In this document: piece by piece, positions 9,980-19,500 of the stretch
Position numbering within the stretch: the first letter of the stretch is position 1
Layout: every line of letters begins with the position of its first letter
From: Deltaproteobacteria bacterium
GTDB taxonomy: Bacteria > Myxococcota_A > Polyangia > Polyangiales > Houyiibacteriaceae
NCBI GenBank assembly: GCA_034670305.1
Contig: JAXMNT010000012.1
Coordinates: forward strand, 32,001-96,000
DNA: 64,000 bases
Direction of reading: 5' to 3'
The notes under the pieces: generated by a model
Databases searched by the model: none
The model's input: the letters and a program-made list of their open reading frames with translations, nothing else
What the model was told of the DNA's origin: nothing
Program-made: the position numbers and the translations under genes

Positions 9980-10879
9980 ATGGGCGAGTGGGAGGACGAG
10001 CAGACGGTCGTTGGGGATGCGTCGCTGCTCAAACATGTACGTGCCCCTGGGCGCGACCGCGCCTACGTCATCGTGATCGCAGGTCCGAACGTCGGTGAGA
10101 TGTTCAAGATCGATGCGACCCAAGACATCGGTCGCGGCCGCGAAGCTGGCGTGTCGTTGACCGACACCGAGATCTCTCGTTTGCACGCGCGCCTCGTCGT
10201 CGAGGGCGGACAAATCTTCGTGCAGGACCTCGAGTCCACCAACGGCACCTTCGTCAACGGCGAAGCGGTCCGTCGGCAGCTGCTCGCCGACGGAGACAAG
10301 ATCCAGGTCGGCACGACGACGATTCTGAAGTTCAGCTACCACGACGAACTCGACTCCGAGTTCCAGCGAAAGATGTACGACGCCGCGCTCCGCGACGGGC
10401 TCACCGGTGCGTACAACAAGAAGTACTTCAGCGAGCGGTTGGACGCCGAGGTCGCGTACTCGGTGCGCCACCGGTCGGCCCTCTCCCTCGTGCTCTTCGA
10501 TCTCGATCACTTCAAGAACGTGAACGACAACTACGGTCACCTCGCGGGCGACTACGTGCTCTCGACGATGGCCGCCGGCATCCTGCAGAGCGTGCGCCGC
10601 GAAGACGTCTTCGCCCGCTACGGCGGTGAAGAGTTCGCCGTGCTCAGTCGCGGCGTCGATCAGGCGGGCGCGGAACTCTTCGCGGAGCGGCTGCGCGCCT
10701 GGGTCGAGACCTACCCCTTCGTCTACGAAGACCAGCGTCTGCCCGTGACCATCAGCCTCGGTGTCGCCGCGATGCCCGAATGCGACGTCACCGAACCGAC
10801 GTTGCTCGTCTCCGCCGCGGACCAAGCGCTCTACAAGTCCAAAGAGACCGGCCGCAACAAGGTCACAGTTTCTTCCTGA
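9980..10879 (+). CDS. FHA-domain diguanylate cyclase (GGDEF)
   Basis: FHA (IGRG, ISRLHA, STNGTFVN) plus DGLTG, DLDHFKNVND, RYGGEEF with RxxD I-site (RRED); start 9965 or 9980. Confidence 0.95.
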   Translation: MGEWEDEQTVVGDASLLKHVRAPGRDRAYVIVIAGPNVGEMFKIDATQDIGRGREAGVSLTDTEISRLHARLVVEGGQIFVQDLESTNGTFVNGEAVRRQLLADGDKIQVGTTTILKFSYHDELDSEFQRKMYDAALRDGLTGAYNKKYFSERLDAEVAYSVRHRSALSLVLFDLDHFKNVNDNYGHLAGDYVLSTMAAGILQSVRREDVFARYGGEEFAVLSRGVDQAGAELFAERLRAWVETYPFVYEDQRLPVTISLGVAAMPECDVTEPTLLVSAADQALYKSKETGRNKVTVSS

Positions 10880-10887
10880 TTGGCAAG

Positions 10888-11153
10888 ACGGGCCTGGCCC
10901 GCTTCGCGGGACTGGCGGCCCTAATTCGGCGTCCAGAGCACCTTCACGTGCTCGCCGCCCGAGCATTTGGACGCAGGGAAGAAGCGATTGGAACAACTGG
11001 CGGCTGCGCGCGGTGAAGGCACTCCCGCCGCCTCTATGACGCACTTGGGGAGTGCACCAGTTGCTCGCCCTACGGGCTGCGCAGGTGCACGGGTGGAGCC
11101 GCCTGACTCGCGGGCGCTGTTCGAGGCCTGGCCCGCTTCGCGGGACTGGCGGC
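10888..11153 (+). repeat. REP/BIME-like structured intergenic element, copy A
   Basis: Palindromic GGCCTGGCCCGCTTCGCGGGACTGGCGGC at 10888-10928 and 11125-11153; colinear with the reverse complement of 16250-16518. Confidence 0.85.
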
Positions 11154-11188
11154 TTCGCCGCGCTTGAACTGCGCGGTAGGCTCGGGCG

Positions 11189-12040
11189 ATGAGGCTTTCA
11201 GGGCGGGTGGCGTTGGTGACGGGTGCGACGCGTGGCGTAGGCCGCGGGATCGCGGTGGCGCTCGGCGCCGAGGGCGCCACGGTCTATCTGACCGGGCGCA
11301 CTCGGACGCCGCCAGACCACGCGCTCGGTGGGTCGCTCCAAGAGACCGCGGCCGAGATCGAAGCGCGCGGTGGGCAGGCGGTCCAGTGCGTGTGCGACCA
11401 CGCGAACGACGACGACGTGCGCGCGGTGGTGAAGACGATCGGCGATGCGCACGGGCGGCTCGACATCCTCGTGAACAACGTCTTCGCGATCCCATCCGGT
11501 CCGATGTTCGACACGCCGTTTTGGGAACAGCCGATCGGATTCTGGGACCGCATGCACACTGTGGGTCTGCGATCTCACTACGTGGCCAGCGTGCTCTGCG
11601 CACCGCTTCTGTTGGCCGCGGACGAAGGGGGCGCGCTGATCGCGAACATCTCGAGTTTCGGAGGCGCGAGTTACCAGGTGAACGTCGCGTACGGGGTCGG
11701 CAAAGCCGGCGTCGATCGACTGGCGCGCGACATGGCCCGCGACTTGCGCCCGCACGGGGTGTGCAGCGTCTCGCTCTACCCGGGCATCGTACGCACCGAG
11801 CGGGTGTTGGCAGGCCAGCTGCCGTTCTCCACGGACACGAGCGAGTCGCCGGAGTTCACCGGTCGAGCGATCGCGGCGCTCTCGCTCGATCCCGAGCGGA
11901 TGAAGAAGACCGGCAAGACGTTGGTGGTCGCCGAGCTCGCCAGCGACTACGGCTTCACCGACGTGGATGGCACCCAGCCCGCGTCGCTGCGCGCGCCCTC
12001 CCCCACCCGTGCGCAACCGCCACAAGAGAAGACCCCATGA
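11189..12040 (+). CDS. SDR family oxidoreductase (DHRS1-like)
   Basis: TGATRGVG Rossmann motif, LVNN, NISS, YGVGK (YxxxK). Confidence 0.95.
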   Translation: MRLSGRVALVTGATRGVGRGIAVALGAEGATVYLTGRTRTPPDHALGGSLQETAAEIEARGGQAVQCVCDHANDDDVRAVVKTIGDAHGRLDILVNNVFAIPSGPMFDTPFWEQPIGFWDRMHTVGLRSHYVASVLCAPLLLAADEGGALIANISSFGGASYQVNVAYGVGKAGVDRLARDMARDLRPHGVCSVSLYPGIVRTERVLAGQLPFSTDTSESPEFTGRAIAALSLDPERMKKTGKTLVVAELASDYGFTDVDGTQPASLRAPSPTRAQPPQEKTP

Positions 12041-13200
12041 CGACCACGCTCGAAGACGCGCGTTCGCGGATCGACACGCTGCGCGCCGGCGCCTCCGACA
12101 CAGAACGCAACCGCAAGGTGGACGCCGACCTCTGCGCCGAACTCGCGCGCGCGGGGACCTTTCGGATGCTTGTGCCCAAGTCGCTTGGCGGACTCGAGGT
12201 GGCGCCGCGGGTGTTCGCTGAAACACTCGAAGCGCTCGCACGCGGAGACGCAGCGGTGGCGTGGGTGGCGATGACCGGTTCGACCACGGGCCTGCTGAGT
12301 GCGTACCTCCCGGACGAAGGCGCGGAGGCATTCTTCCGCGACCCCGCGGGCATCTACGCGGGGGTGTTCGCGCCGATGGGTCGGGCGATGGTGTGCGAGG
12401 GCGGGTTTCGGCTCACCGGCCGGTGGCCCTTCACCAGCGGCGTCGACAACGCCGGGGTGCGGCTCGGCGGCGCCCTGGTCTTTGACGAGGGATCGAACAC
12501 GCCCCGGATGCAGACGCTCGAGGACGGAACGGCGATGCCGGAGATCCGGTCCTGTTTCGTGCGCGCGGATCAATCCAACATCGTCGACACCTGGAAGACG
12601 AGCGGCCTTCGCGGCACCGGCAGCCACGACCTGGTCGTCGAAGACGTGTTCGTGCCAGCGGGCCACACCGCGGCGATCGTCGGCGCGCACGCGGTGCGCG
12701 GCGGCGCCGTACACCGGCTGCCGCTCTTCGGGTTGCTCGCCTCCGGCATCGCGTCGGTCGGCCTCGGCATCGCTCGGGCCGCGCTCGACGAAGTGAAGAC
12801 GCTGCTGGTGCGCAAGAAGCCCGGACGCAAGTCGGGCGCCGAGTCGGAACTCACACAAGTGAACTTCGCACGCGCCGAAGGCACCCTCTGCGCCGCACGC
12901 GCGCTGCTGCTGCACGCGCTCGACGAAGCCATGGAACGGACCGCACAGGGCGACCCGATCGACGGAGACACCAAAGCCGCGCTCCGGCTCGCGGCCACGC
13001 ACGCGGCGTGGAGCAGCGCGGAGGTGGTGGACGTGGCGTACCATCTTGGAGGCGGTGCGGCGCTGTACGACAAGAGCCCGTTGCAGCGTCACTTTCGAGA
13101 TGTGCATACGATGACGCAACACATCATGGTCGCGCAGCCCACCCTGAAACCGATCGGCCGGATCCTCCTCGGACTGCCGACCCAAACCGCTCAGCTGTGA
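12037..13200 (+). CDS. Acyl-CoA dehydrogenase-fold flavin-dependent hydroxylase (HsaA-like)
   Basis: VPKSLGG, GRWPFTSG, DTWKTSGLRGTGSHD, LQRHFRDVH; ATGA overlap with the SDR gene. Confidence 0.9.
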   Translation: MTTTLEDARSRIDTLRAGASDTERNRKVDADLCAELARAGTFRMLVPKSLGGLEVAPRVFAETLEALARGDAAVAWVAMTGSTTGLLSAYLPDEGAEAFFRDPAGIYAGVFAPMGRAMVCEGGFRLTGRWPFTSGVDNAGVRLGGALVFDEGSNTPRMQTLEDGTAMPEIRSCFVRADQSNIVDTWKTSGLRGTGSHDLVVEDVFVPAGHTAAIVGAHAVRGGAVHRLPLFGLLASGIASVGLGIARAALDEVKTLLVRKKPGRKSGAESELTQVNFARAEGTLCAARALLLHALDEAMERTAQGDPIDGDTKAALRLAATHAAWSSAEVVDVAYHLGGGAALYDKSPLQRHFRDVHTMTQHIMVAQPTLKPIGRILLGLPTQTAQL

Positions 13201-14474
13201 CCGACGCCGACGATCCGCTGCTCGGGAAAACGCTCGGCGGCTACACGATCGACCGACGCATCGGGTCTGGCGCCACCGGTGTGGTGTACGCCGCCCGCGA
13301 CGCAGCGGAGCGGGTGGTGGCGGTCAAAGTGCTCAACGAAGCGCTGGGCCAAATTCGATCGTTGCGCCGACGCTTCGAACGCGAAGCGCGTGCGCTCTCG
13401 AAACTCCAGCACGACAAGATCGTGCACATCGAAGACTTCGGGGTGGTGGACGAGATCGTCTTCATCGCGATGGAGTACCTCGAAGGCGAGACCCTCGAGG
13501 ACCGAATCACGCGAGAACCGATCGACGCCGAGAACGCGCTCGACGTGACGCGGCAGGTGCTCGAGGGCGTTGCGTTCGCCCACGCTCGGCAGATCGTGCA
13601 CCGCGATCTCAAGCCCGCGAACGTCTTCTTGATCGGTTCGAGCGGCACGGTCTCGGAGTCGAACCCGAGCATGGAAGCGAAGGTCCTCGACTTCGGGTTG
13701 GCGAAGTTCCTGTCGATCGAGGAGCTCAGCCAAGAGGGCACGTTGACCCGCCGAGGACGCGTCGTCGGCACGCCGGCCTACATGGCCCCCGAGCAGATCA
13801 CCGGCGTCTCGCTCGACTTGCGCGCCGACGTGTACGCGGTTGGGATCATGTTGTTCGAACTGCTGGCCGACCGTCGGCCGTTCGATTCCGAGCGGCGGTC
13901 GAAGTTGCTCCGAGCGCACCTCTTCGAAGAGGTTCCCAAACTCGCTTCGGTGCGGCCCGGGCTCGTGGTGGATCCCGATCTGGAGACGGTGGTGCTCCGC
14001 GCGCTCGCCAAGGACCCAGCGGACCGGTACGCGGACGCGGCGGCGCTGCTCGAAGCCCTCGAGCCCTTCGACGGCAGCGCAGCCACGCTCGCGCGTCCGC
14101 CGCGAAAACGAAAACGAACGCGCGCGAACTCCTCGTCCGTCGTGCTCTCTCCCGAGGAGCTCGCCGACGCATCGTCGGAAGACGAAGGACCTGCGACGCC
14201 GGCAGAAGCGTCGGAGCCGAGCATCACCGCGGTCCGAGCGGACGTGCCGCTCGGCGGGCTGCCCAGTGTCCCGCCGCCCTCGAGCGAGACCACCCAGAAG
14301 ACCCGCACAGTGACAGCCAAGACCGAAGAGGTCTCGCGGACCAAAGGGCCACCCAAGCCGGGGGAACCGACCTGGCGAGACGCGGGGTGGGTGACCGTGC
14401 TCGTGTGGATCGTCGGGCTCGGTCTGATGGGTGCGGTGGTCGCACTCGCCGCCTACGCGACCACCGTTCACTGA
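13197..14474 (+). CDS. Hanks-type Ser/Thr protein kinase with C-terminal TM helix
   Basis: GSGATG, VAVK, HRDLKPAN, DFG, GTPAYMAPEQ; GTGA overlap with upstream gene. Confidence 0.95.
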   Translation: MTDADDPLLGKTLGGYTIDRRIGSGATGVVYAARDAAERVVAVKVLNEALGQIRSLRRRFEREARALSKLQHDKIVHIEDFGVVDEIVFIAMEYLEGETLEDRITREPIDAENALDVTRQVLEGVAFAHARQIVHRDLKPANVFLIGSSGTVSESNPSMEAKVLDFGLAKFLSIEELSQEGTLTRRGRVVGTPAYMAPEQITGVSLDLRADVYAVGIMLFELLADRRPFDSERRSKLLRAHLFEEVPKLASVRPGLVVDPDLETVVLRALAKDPADRYADAAALLEALEPFDGSAATLARPPRKRKRTRANSSSVVLSPEELADASSEDEGPATPAEASEPSITAVRADVPLGGLPSVPPPSSETTQKTRTVTAKTEEVSRTKGPPKPGEPTWRDAGWVTVLVWIVGLGLMGAVVALAAYATTVH

Positions 14475-14495
14475 CGCAGCTCGTTGAGCCTTGGG

Positions 14496-15617
14496 TCAGG
14501 TTTGTTTCATGCCCAGCGAGCCGCCGACCCGCCGGTCTCGGAGCTTCCAGATCCAACCGTCGTAGAGGAAGTGAAGCATCGAGCCGCCGGTGTAGTAGAC
14601 GAGGTACGCCACCGTGCCGCGCTGATCTCGAAAGCCGAGGTAGGCGAGTCCGAGCACGCCGATGAGAAGCGGCGCGAACACCATGGGCCGTCCGAGAAAC
14701 ACGGCGGCGACGGAGCGGCGCTCCGCTCCAAACTTCCGTTCGCTGAAGTGGTGTACGAACGCGAGGTACTCGAGTGCGTGGGCGGCCCCGAAGCACAGGT
14801 AGCCGACGATGGGTCCGTGCACGAGGAAGACGGCGAGCAACACCAACGTCGACACGAGGAAGATCGTGCGGGGTCTGCGGTCGACCTGTGCGGTGCGCTC
14901 CACCCGCCACCATCGGTACGACACCGTCCCGAGCACGACAGCGGTCACGGCCACGAGCGCGAGGTACGCCGGGTGGGATGTGTAGGGGCGGAGCTCCAAG
15001 ATGATCCGCTGCGCCGAGGTGTGCAGCGTGAACGTCTCCGGCCGAGCCCATGGCAACACGATCGCGAGCGCCACGATGAGCGTCCAGAGCAACGCTCGGT
15101 CGCGTTTGCCGTGCGCTGGATCTCGAAGTGGGCCGCCGGCGCGACCACCGTACGCGCGCAGGATCCCGTAGCGCTGTTGCACCGTGTGCCAGACATTCCA
15201 GAGCCCCGCGGTCGCGACCATCAAGATCGCCGGGTCGAAACGGACCCCGAAGGCCACCCACTCCGCATCGCGCGTCGCGAGGTAGAGGCAGCCGCCGAAG
15301 ACGACGAGCGGTGCGAGCACGAAACGGCGCGCGCGGGTGCGGAACGTGCTGCCGTCGCCGTACACGAGCAGGAAGGTGTAGTGGCGGTGCACCCAGGTCA
15401 GTCCGAGCACGACCGAGATGGCGAGCAGAAGCGCGGCCCGCTCGTAGGCTGGGTGCAGCGGGGCGCGACCGGCCCATTCGAGTCCGTCCCAGCCGAGGCC
15501 CAGACCGAACACCACCCAGACATACACCGGCACCCAGCAGAACCCGAGCAGGGCCACATCGAAGAAGCGGGACCGCAACCACGGCCGGGCCGCCACGTCT
15601 GAGGAGATCGCGCTCAC
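14496..15617 (-). CDS. Polytopic membrane protein with several His motifs
   Basis: About 9-10 hydrophobic segments; HRHYT, WHTVQQRYG, HALEY, HFLYDGWIW. Confidence 0.8.
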   Translation of the reverse strand: MSAISSDVAARPWLRSRFFDVALLGFCWVPVYVWVVFGLGLGWDGLEWAGRAPLHPAYERAALLLAISVVLGLTWVHRHYTFLLVYGDGSTFRTRARRFVLAPLVVFGGCLYLATRDAEWVAFGVRFDPAILMVATAGLWNVWHTVQQRYGILRAYGGRAGGPLRDPAHGKRDRALLWTLIVALAIVLPWARPETFTLHTSAQRIILELRPYTSHPAYLALVAVTAVVLGTVSYRWWRVERTAQVDRRPRTIFLVSTLVLLAVFLVHGPIVGYLCFGAAHALEYLAFVHHFSERKFGAERRSVAAVFLGRPMVFAPLLIGVLGLAYLGFRDQRGTVAYLVYYTGGSMLHFLYDGWIWKLRDRRVGGSLGMKQT

Positions 15618-15674
15618 TGGGCCGCAGGCTGCGGCAAAACGCTGGCGCGCGCTACGACCTCTAGCGCCGAGAGC

Positions 15675-16205
15675 TCAGTCGAGCCGGCGCTGTTCTTCCT
15701 CGAACCGGCGGATCAGCTCTTCGGGAGAAGGCGGGTTCTGGGGGACCGGCGGCAACTCGTAGATCTCGACGCGGGTGCCTTCGGTGCGGGGGCGCGGATG
15801 GATGGCGACGTCCATGCGCACGACCCCGCCCTGGACGCCTTGAGGCACTGCGTTCTCGTAGGTCGCGCCGCCGGACCGCTGGGTCACATGGCCGGTGAGG
15901 AGCCGTGGGCCGAAGTACCGAAGCACCTTCGTGATCGGAACCTCCGTGACGTAGGCGTGGCGTCGTTCGCCCCGCACGTCTTGCTCCTCCAGACCCCGCG
16001 GCAGCGTGAGCCCTGCGACCACCACATCGGATTCGCGGAGGTTGCCTTCTTCGTCGTACAGCGCGTCCGGGTCCTCGGCGTACGGCACCGGCGCCGGAAG
16101 CGCCTCGATGTGCTCCTGCCCCGCCGTCACCTCACCACCGCATGCCGTCCCTACCAGCAAGCACACCCAAAGAGTCGAGGTTCGACGAATCACCGATCGC
16201 GTCAT
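15675..16205 (-). CDS. Hypothetical lipoprotein
   Basis: MTRSVIRR...LLVGTAC lipobox-like signal; TACCCT box 6 nt before ATG. Confidence 0.75.
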   Translation of the reverse strand: MTRSVIRRTSTLWVCLLVGTACGGEVTAGQEHIEALPAPVPYAEDPDALYDEEGNLRESDVVVAGLTLPRGLEEQDVRGERRHAYVTEVPITKVLRYFGPRLLTGHVTQRSGGATYENAVPQGVQGGVVRMDVAIHPRPRTEGTRVEIYELPPVPQNPPSPEELIRRFEEEQRRLD

Positions 16206-16249
16206 GATCACAGGGTACGCGTCACCACACCCTGTGCATCTCAAAAATC

Positions 16250-16518
16250 TAGGGCCGCCAGTCCCGCGAAGCGGGACAGGCCCGAATCGCCCCAAGTGGG
16301 AGGGTGACAAGTGCCGCGAGCCTGCGCAGCCCGCAGGGCGAGCAACTGGCGAGCTCACCAAGTGTTCACAGAGCGCCTCAAGGAGCGCCTGGACGCGCGC
16401 AGCCGCCCAATGGATCCCAGTGCTTGTTCAATGCACCTGAGTCATGGGCGGCGAGCACGTGCAGGCAGCGACGGGCGCGAATTAGGGCCGCCAGTCCCGC
16501 GAAGCGGGCCAGGCCCGT
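16250..16518 (-). repeat. REP/BIME-like structured intergenic element, copy B (inverted)
   Basis: 16478-16518 is the exact reverse complement of 10888-10928 (41 nt); second unit at 16250-16284; internal blocks shared with copy A. Confidence 0.85.
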
Positions 16519-16530
16519 ATCGCCAGCAAG

Positions 16531-19500
16531 TCAGTCGATGTTGCCGGCCCAGCCTTGCACCTGGGTGTAGGCGATCGGCGCCGGAAGGTTGCGGCTGAAC
16601 TCGGCGATGGAGGCACCGGACGCGGCCGTGCCGCCACCGCTGACCTGCGCGACGAGCTGGTAGTCGCCCACGTTCGAGTCCTGCACCCGCATGAAGCGGC
16701 GGCTGCCCACGTACGGGTCGGTCTCGGAGACTTCGTTGAGCTGCGAACAGCTCGGACGCTGCGTCACGGCCACACCCAGAACGATCTGGTTGTCGAGCGG
16801 CGATGTGGCGCGCACGTAGGTGCCGCTGTCGGCCGGGATCTCGAGGCCACCCTCCGGGAGGGTCGTGCCGGACTCGGAGTCGATGTACTCGACGCCCCAG
16901 ATGCGGCTGTCGCCGTAAGAGCAGGCGTTGAGCGGATCACTCGTCGAACGGAAGGTCGCGAAGTAGGCCTTCGCGTTGAAGAGCTCCAGCGGGCCGGTGA
17001 CCTGCTCACCGAGCTCCAGCGGGATCTCCCAGTTGAGCGTCGCGTCGACGGTCTGGATGCCACCGCTCGCGTTGTACTCGAGGTCTTCCGACATGGAGAC
17101 GACGCGGTTCTGACGCAGCTGGTCGAGCGCGTCCACGTTGCCGGTGGCCTGGAGCACGACGACCTGGCCCTGGCTGTCGGTCGACACGACGGGCGGGAAG
17201 TGTCCGGGCTGGCCGACGGTCGCGGTGCCGTTCCAGTACATGTCGTGGAACGGGTTGGCGTCCCACTCGTCCGGTCGCGACGACGAGAGATCGATGCGCC
17301 ACATGACGCCGTCTTCGTCGGTCGTGAACGCGCGGGTCGCGATGGTGCCGACGTCGCCGGTGAACATCGAGATGCCGCCGGTCAGGGGCGCGTTGAACGC
17401 CCGGTCGTCGAGTTGGCTGATGACCTCACCGGTCGCGATGTCGAGGAAGTAGAGGCGGCGTCCTTCCGAACTCCAGCAGCGCAGACGGTCACGCGCGGTG
17501 GTGGTGCCATCGGTGATCGGCGCCATGCCCTTGCCTCGGCTGAGGCAACCGTTTGGTTCGGTGTAGGTCCCATCGGGGCGCGCTACGGCCACGCCACCAC
17601 AGGTCACCGACGACATGTCTTCGCCGGCGCCGCCAGGGAGAAGCGCGAGCGCGATCTCCTGGAGGTTGCCCGCGTCGTCTTCCGCAAGGACCTGGCCCAC
17701 GCCCGGCACGCCGTACGACTCGCCCATCTGATCGTGGCTCATCTGCCACAGGAACTGCGGGTCGATCGGGTCGGTGACGTCGAGCGCCAAGTAGGCCGAG
17801 CCGCCCCCACGAAGACCGAACATCAGGACGGTGTGGTAGTCGTTGCCGTTGGCGGAGTCGCCGGGACGGCGGCGGAAGTAGACGTCTTTGACGACGGGCG
17901 TGCCGTCGACCATCCACTGGTGGCTGACCTGGGCGGCCGCGAGCTTCGGGAGAAGAATCGGCGGCACGAAGCCCCAGAGTTCCTCACCCGCGGTGTAGGA
18001 ACGACCCGCGTACGGGCCGGCCGTGATGGTGATGTCCTCCGCGATGAACGCGTGCATGATGCCGTCGTTCGATCCGACGTAGACGACCTTGGGCCGGTTC
18101 GCGACCTCGGGCCGGCGGCGGAAGAGGTTGAAGGACTCGTCCGGCTTGTCCTGGCTCGGCGCGGCCACGACGACCGGGGACGAGTGGTAGATGTCGCCGA
18201 GCTTGGCGTCGGGGCGCAGCGCGCCGTGAACCCAGTCGATGACCGCGGTGCGTGCAGCCGACGTGGAGACGCCGAGGACCGCGCGGTCGAGCAACGCGTT
18301 GGAGGTCGAGAACTGCTGCATGCGCAGGCCGCGCTCCACCGGGGTGGGCGCGCTCGTGGTCGGCCGGTAGCCCGTGTTGCGGTCGGTCTCGGTTCCGCCG
18401 AGGCCCGAGCGCGTGCAGGTGTCGCCACCCACGCCCGCGCCGTCTCCGCCTCGACCACTCGCGTCGCCGCCGAGGGACGACGAACCCGTCGCACCCACGA
18501 GGTGGCCGCGCGCGTTCGAACGCGTCGCCGGCACCACGGTCAAGAGGTTCCGGGGCGTCGGGCGGGTGTTGAGGAGGACGTGGAAACGGTCGCGGTCTTC
18601 CACGGCCTGCTCTTCCGGGTTGAGGTCGGCGCTGCACTCGTAGCGGCGACGCTCGAGCACACCGCGCCAGGGATCGCTCGGAAGCGAGGGAAGCTGGAAC
18701 CCGGTGTTGAACTGGGACTGACCCTGAGACGACGCGCCGGGCGCCGCGTTCGCGAAGGCCGGCACGGTGCGGGTCGTGGTGCCCGGGGCCGCGCGGTCCA
18801 GGATGTCGGAGAACGCGCGACGCAGCGCCGCGGTGTCGTCGGTGCGGGGGTCGGAGTCCACGAGGTAGGCGCAGTTGCCACCGGCCACGGCGCAGGTGCC
18901 GCCCGCTTCCGCGATCGAGTTGAGCTCGCCGATCGCCTGGGTGTCCGGCACGTCGAAGCCGACGACATACAGACCGTCGATGAGGCCGTTGCAGTTGCCG
19001 GAGCCGGCGTCGTAGTCACAGAGGGTGCGCGCGATGTCCTGCGAACGGTCGTACGGACACTCCGATCCGGGCGTGTCGCAGTTGTAGGGCGCGCCACGCG
19101 CGTCCGAGTTGGGGTAGCCGTCCGTGAGGAGGATGGCGTAGCGGTCGCGGCACGAGGCGAAGGGGTCACCGACCCCACCGGCGGCGGCGATCTGCGCCAC
19201 GTCGGGGTGGGTGTTGAGGTAGTAGTCGAAGTCGCTGAGCATGCCGGCGATCGGCGTGGGCCCGAACGGACGCGCGCGAAGCAGCGTGTCCTGCACGCGG
19301 TTGTTGATCACGAGCGCGTCCGAGACGACATCGTCACCGACCGAGACGAGCGTTCCGCCCACGCTGAACTCGAGCTGCGCGCCGTTGTCGATCATGTAGT
19401 CGGTGAGACACCCCGGGAAGGTGAAGCGTCGCGCGCCGCCGTAGGAGTAGCCGCCCTGGCCCGACTCCGACCGGCTGCGGTAGTCCGCGTCCCAGCTCGA

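Noticed and set aside
10888-11153. Mini-CRISPR reading of the palindromic repeats
   Set aside because: Only two units about 200 nt apart, the interior is conserved between copies, and no cas genes are present.
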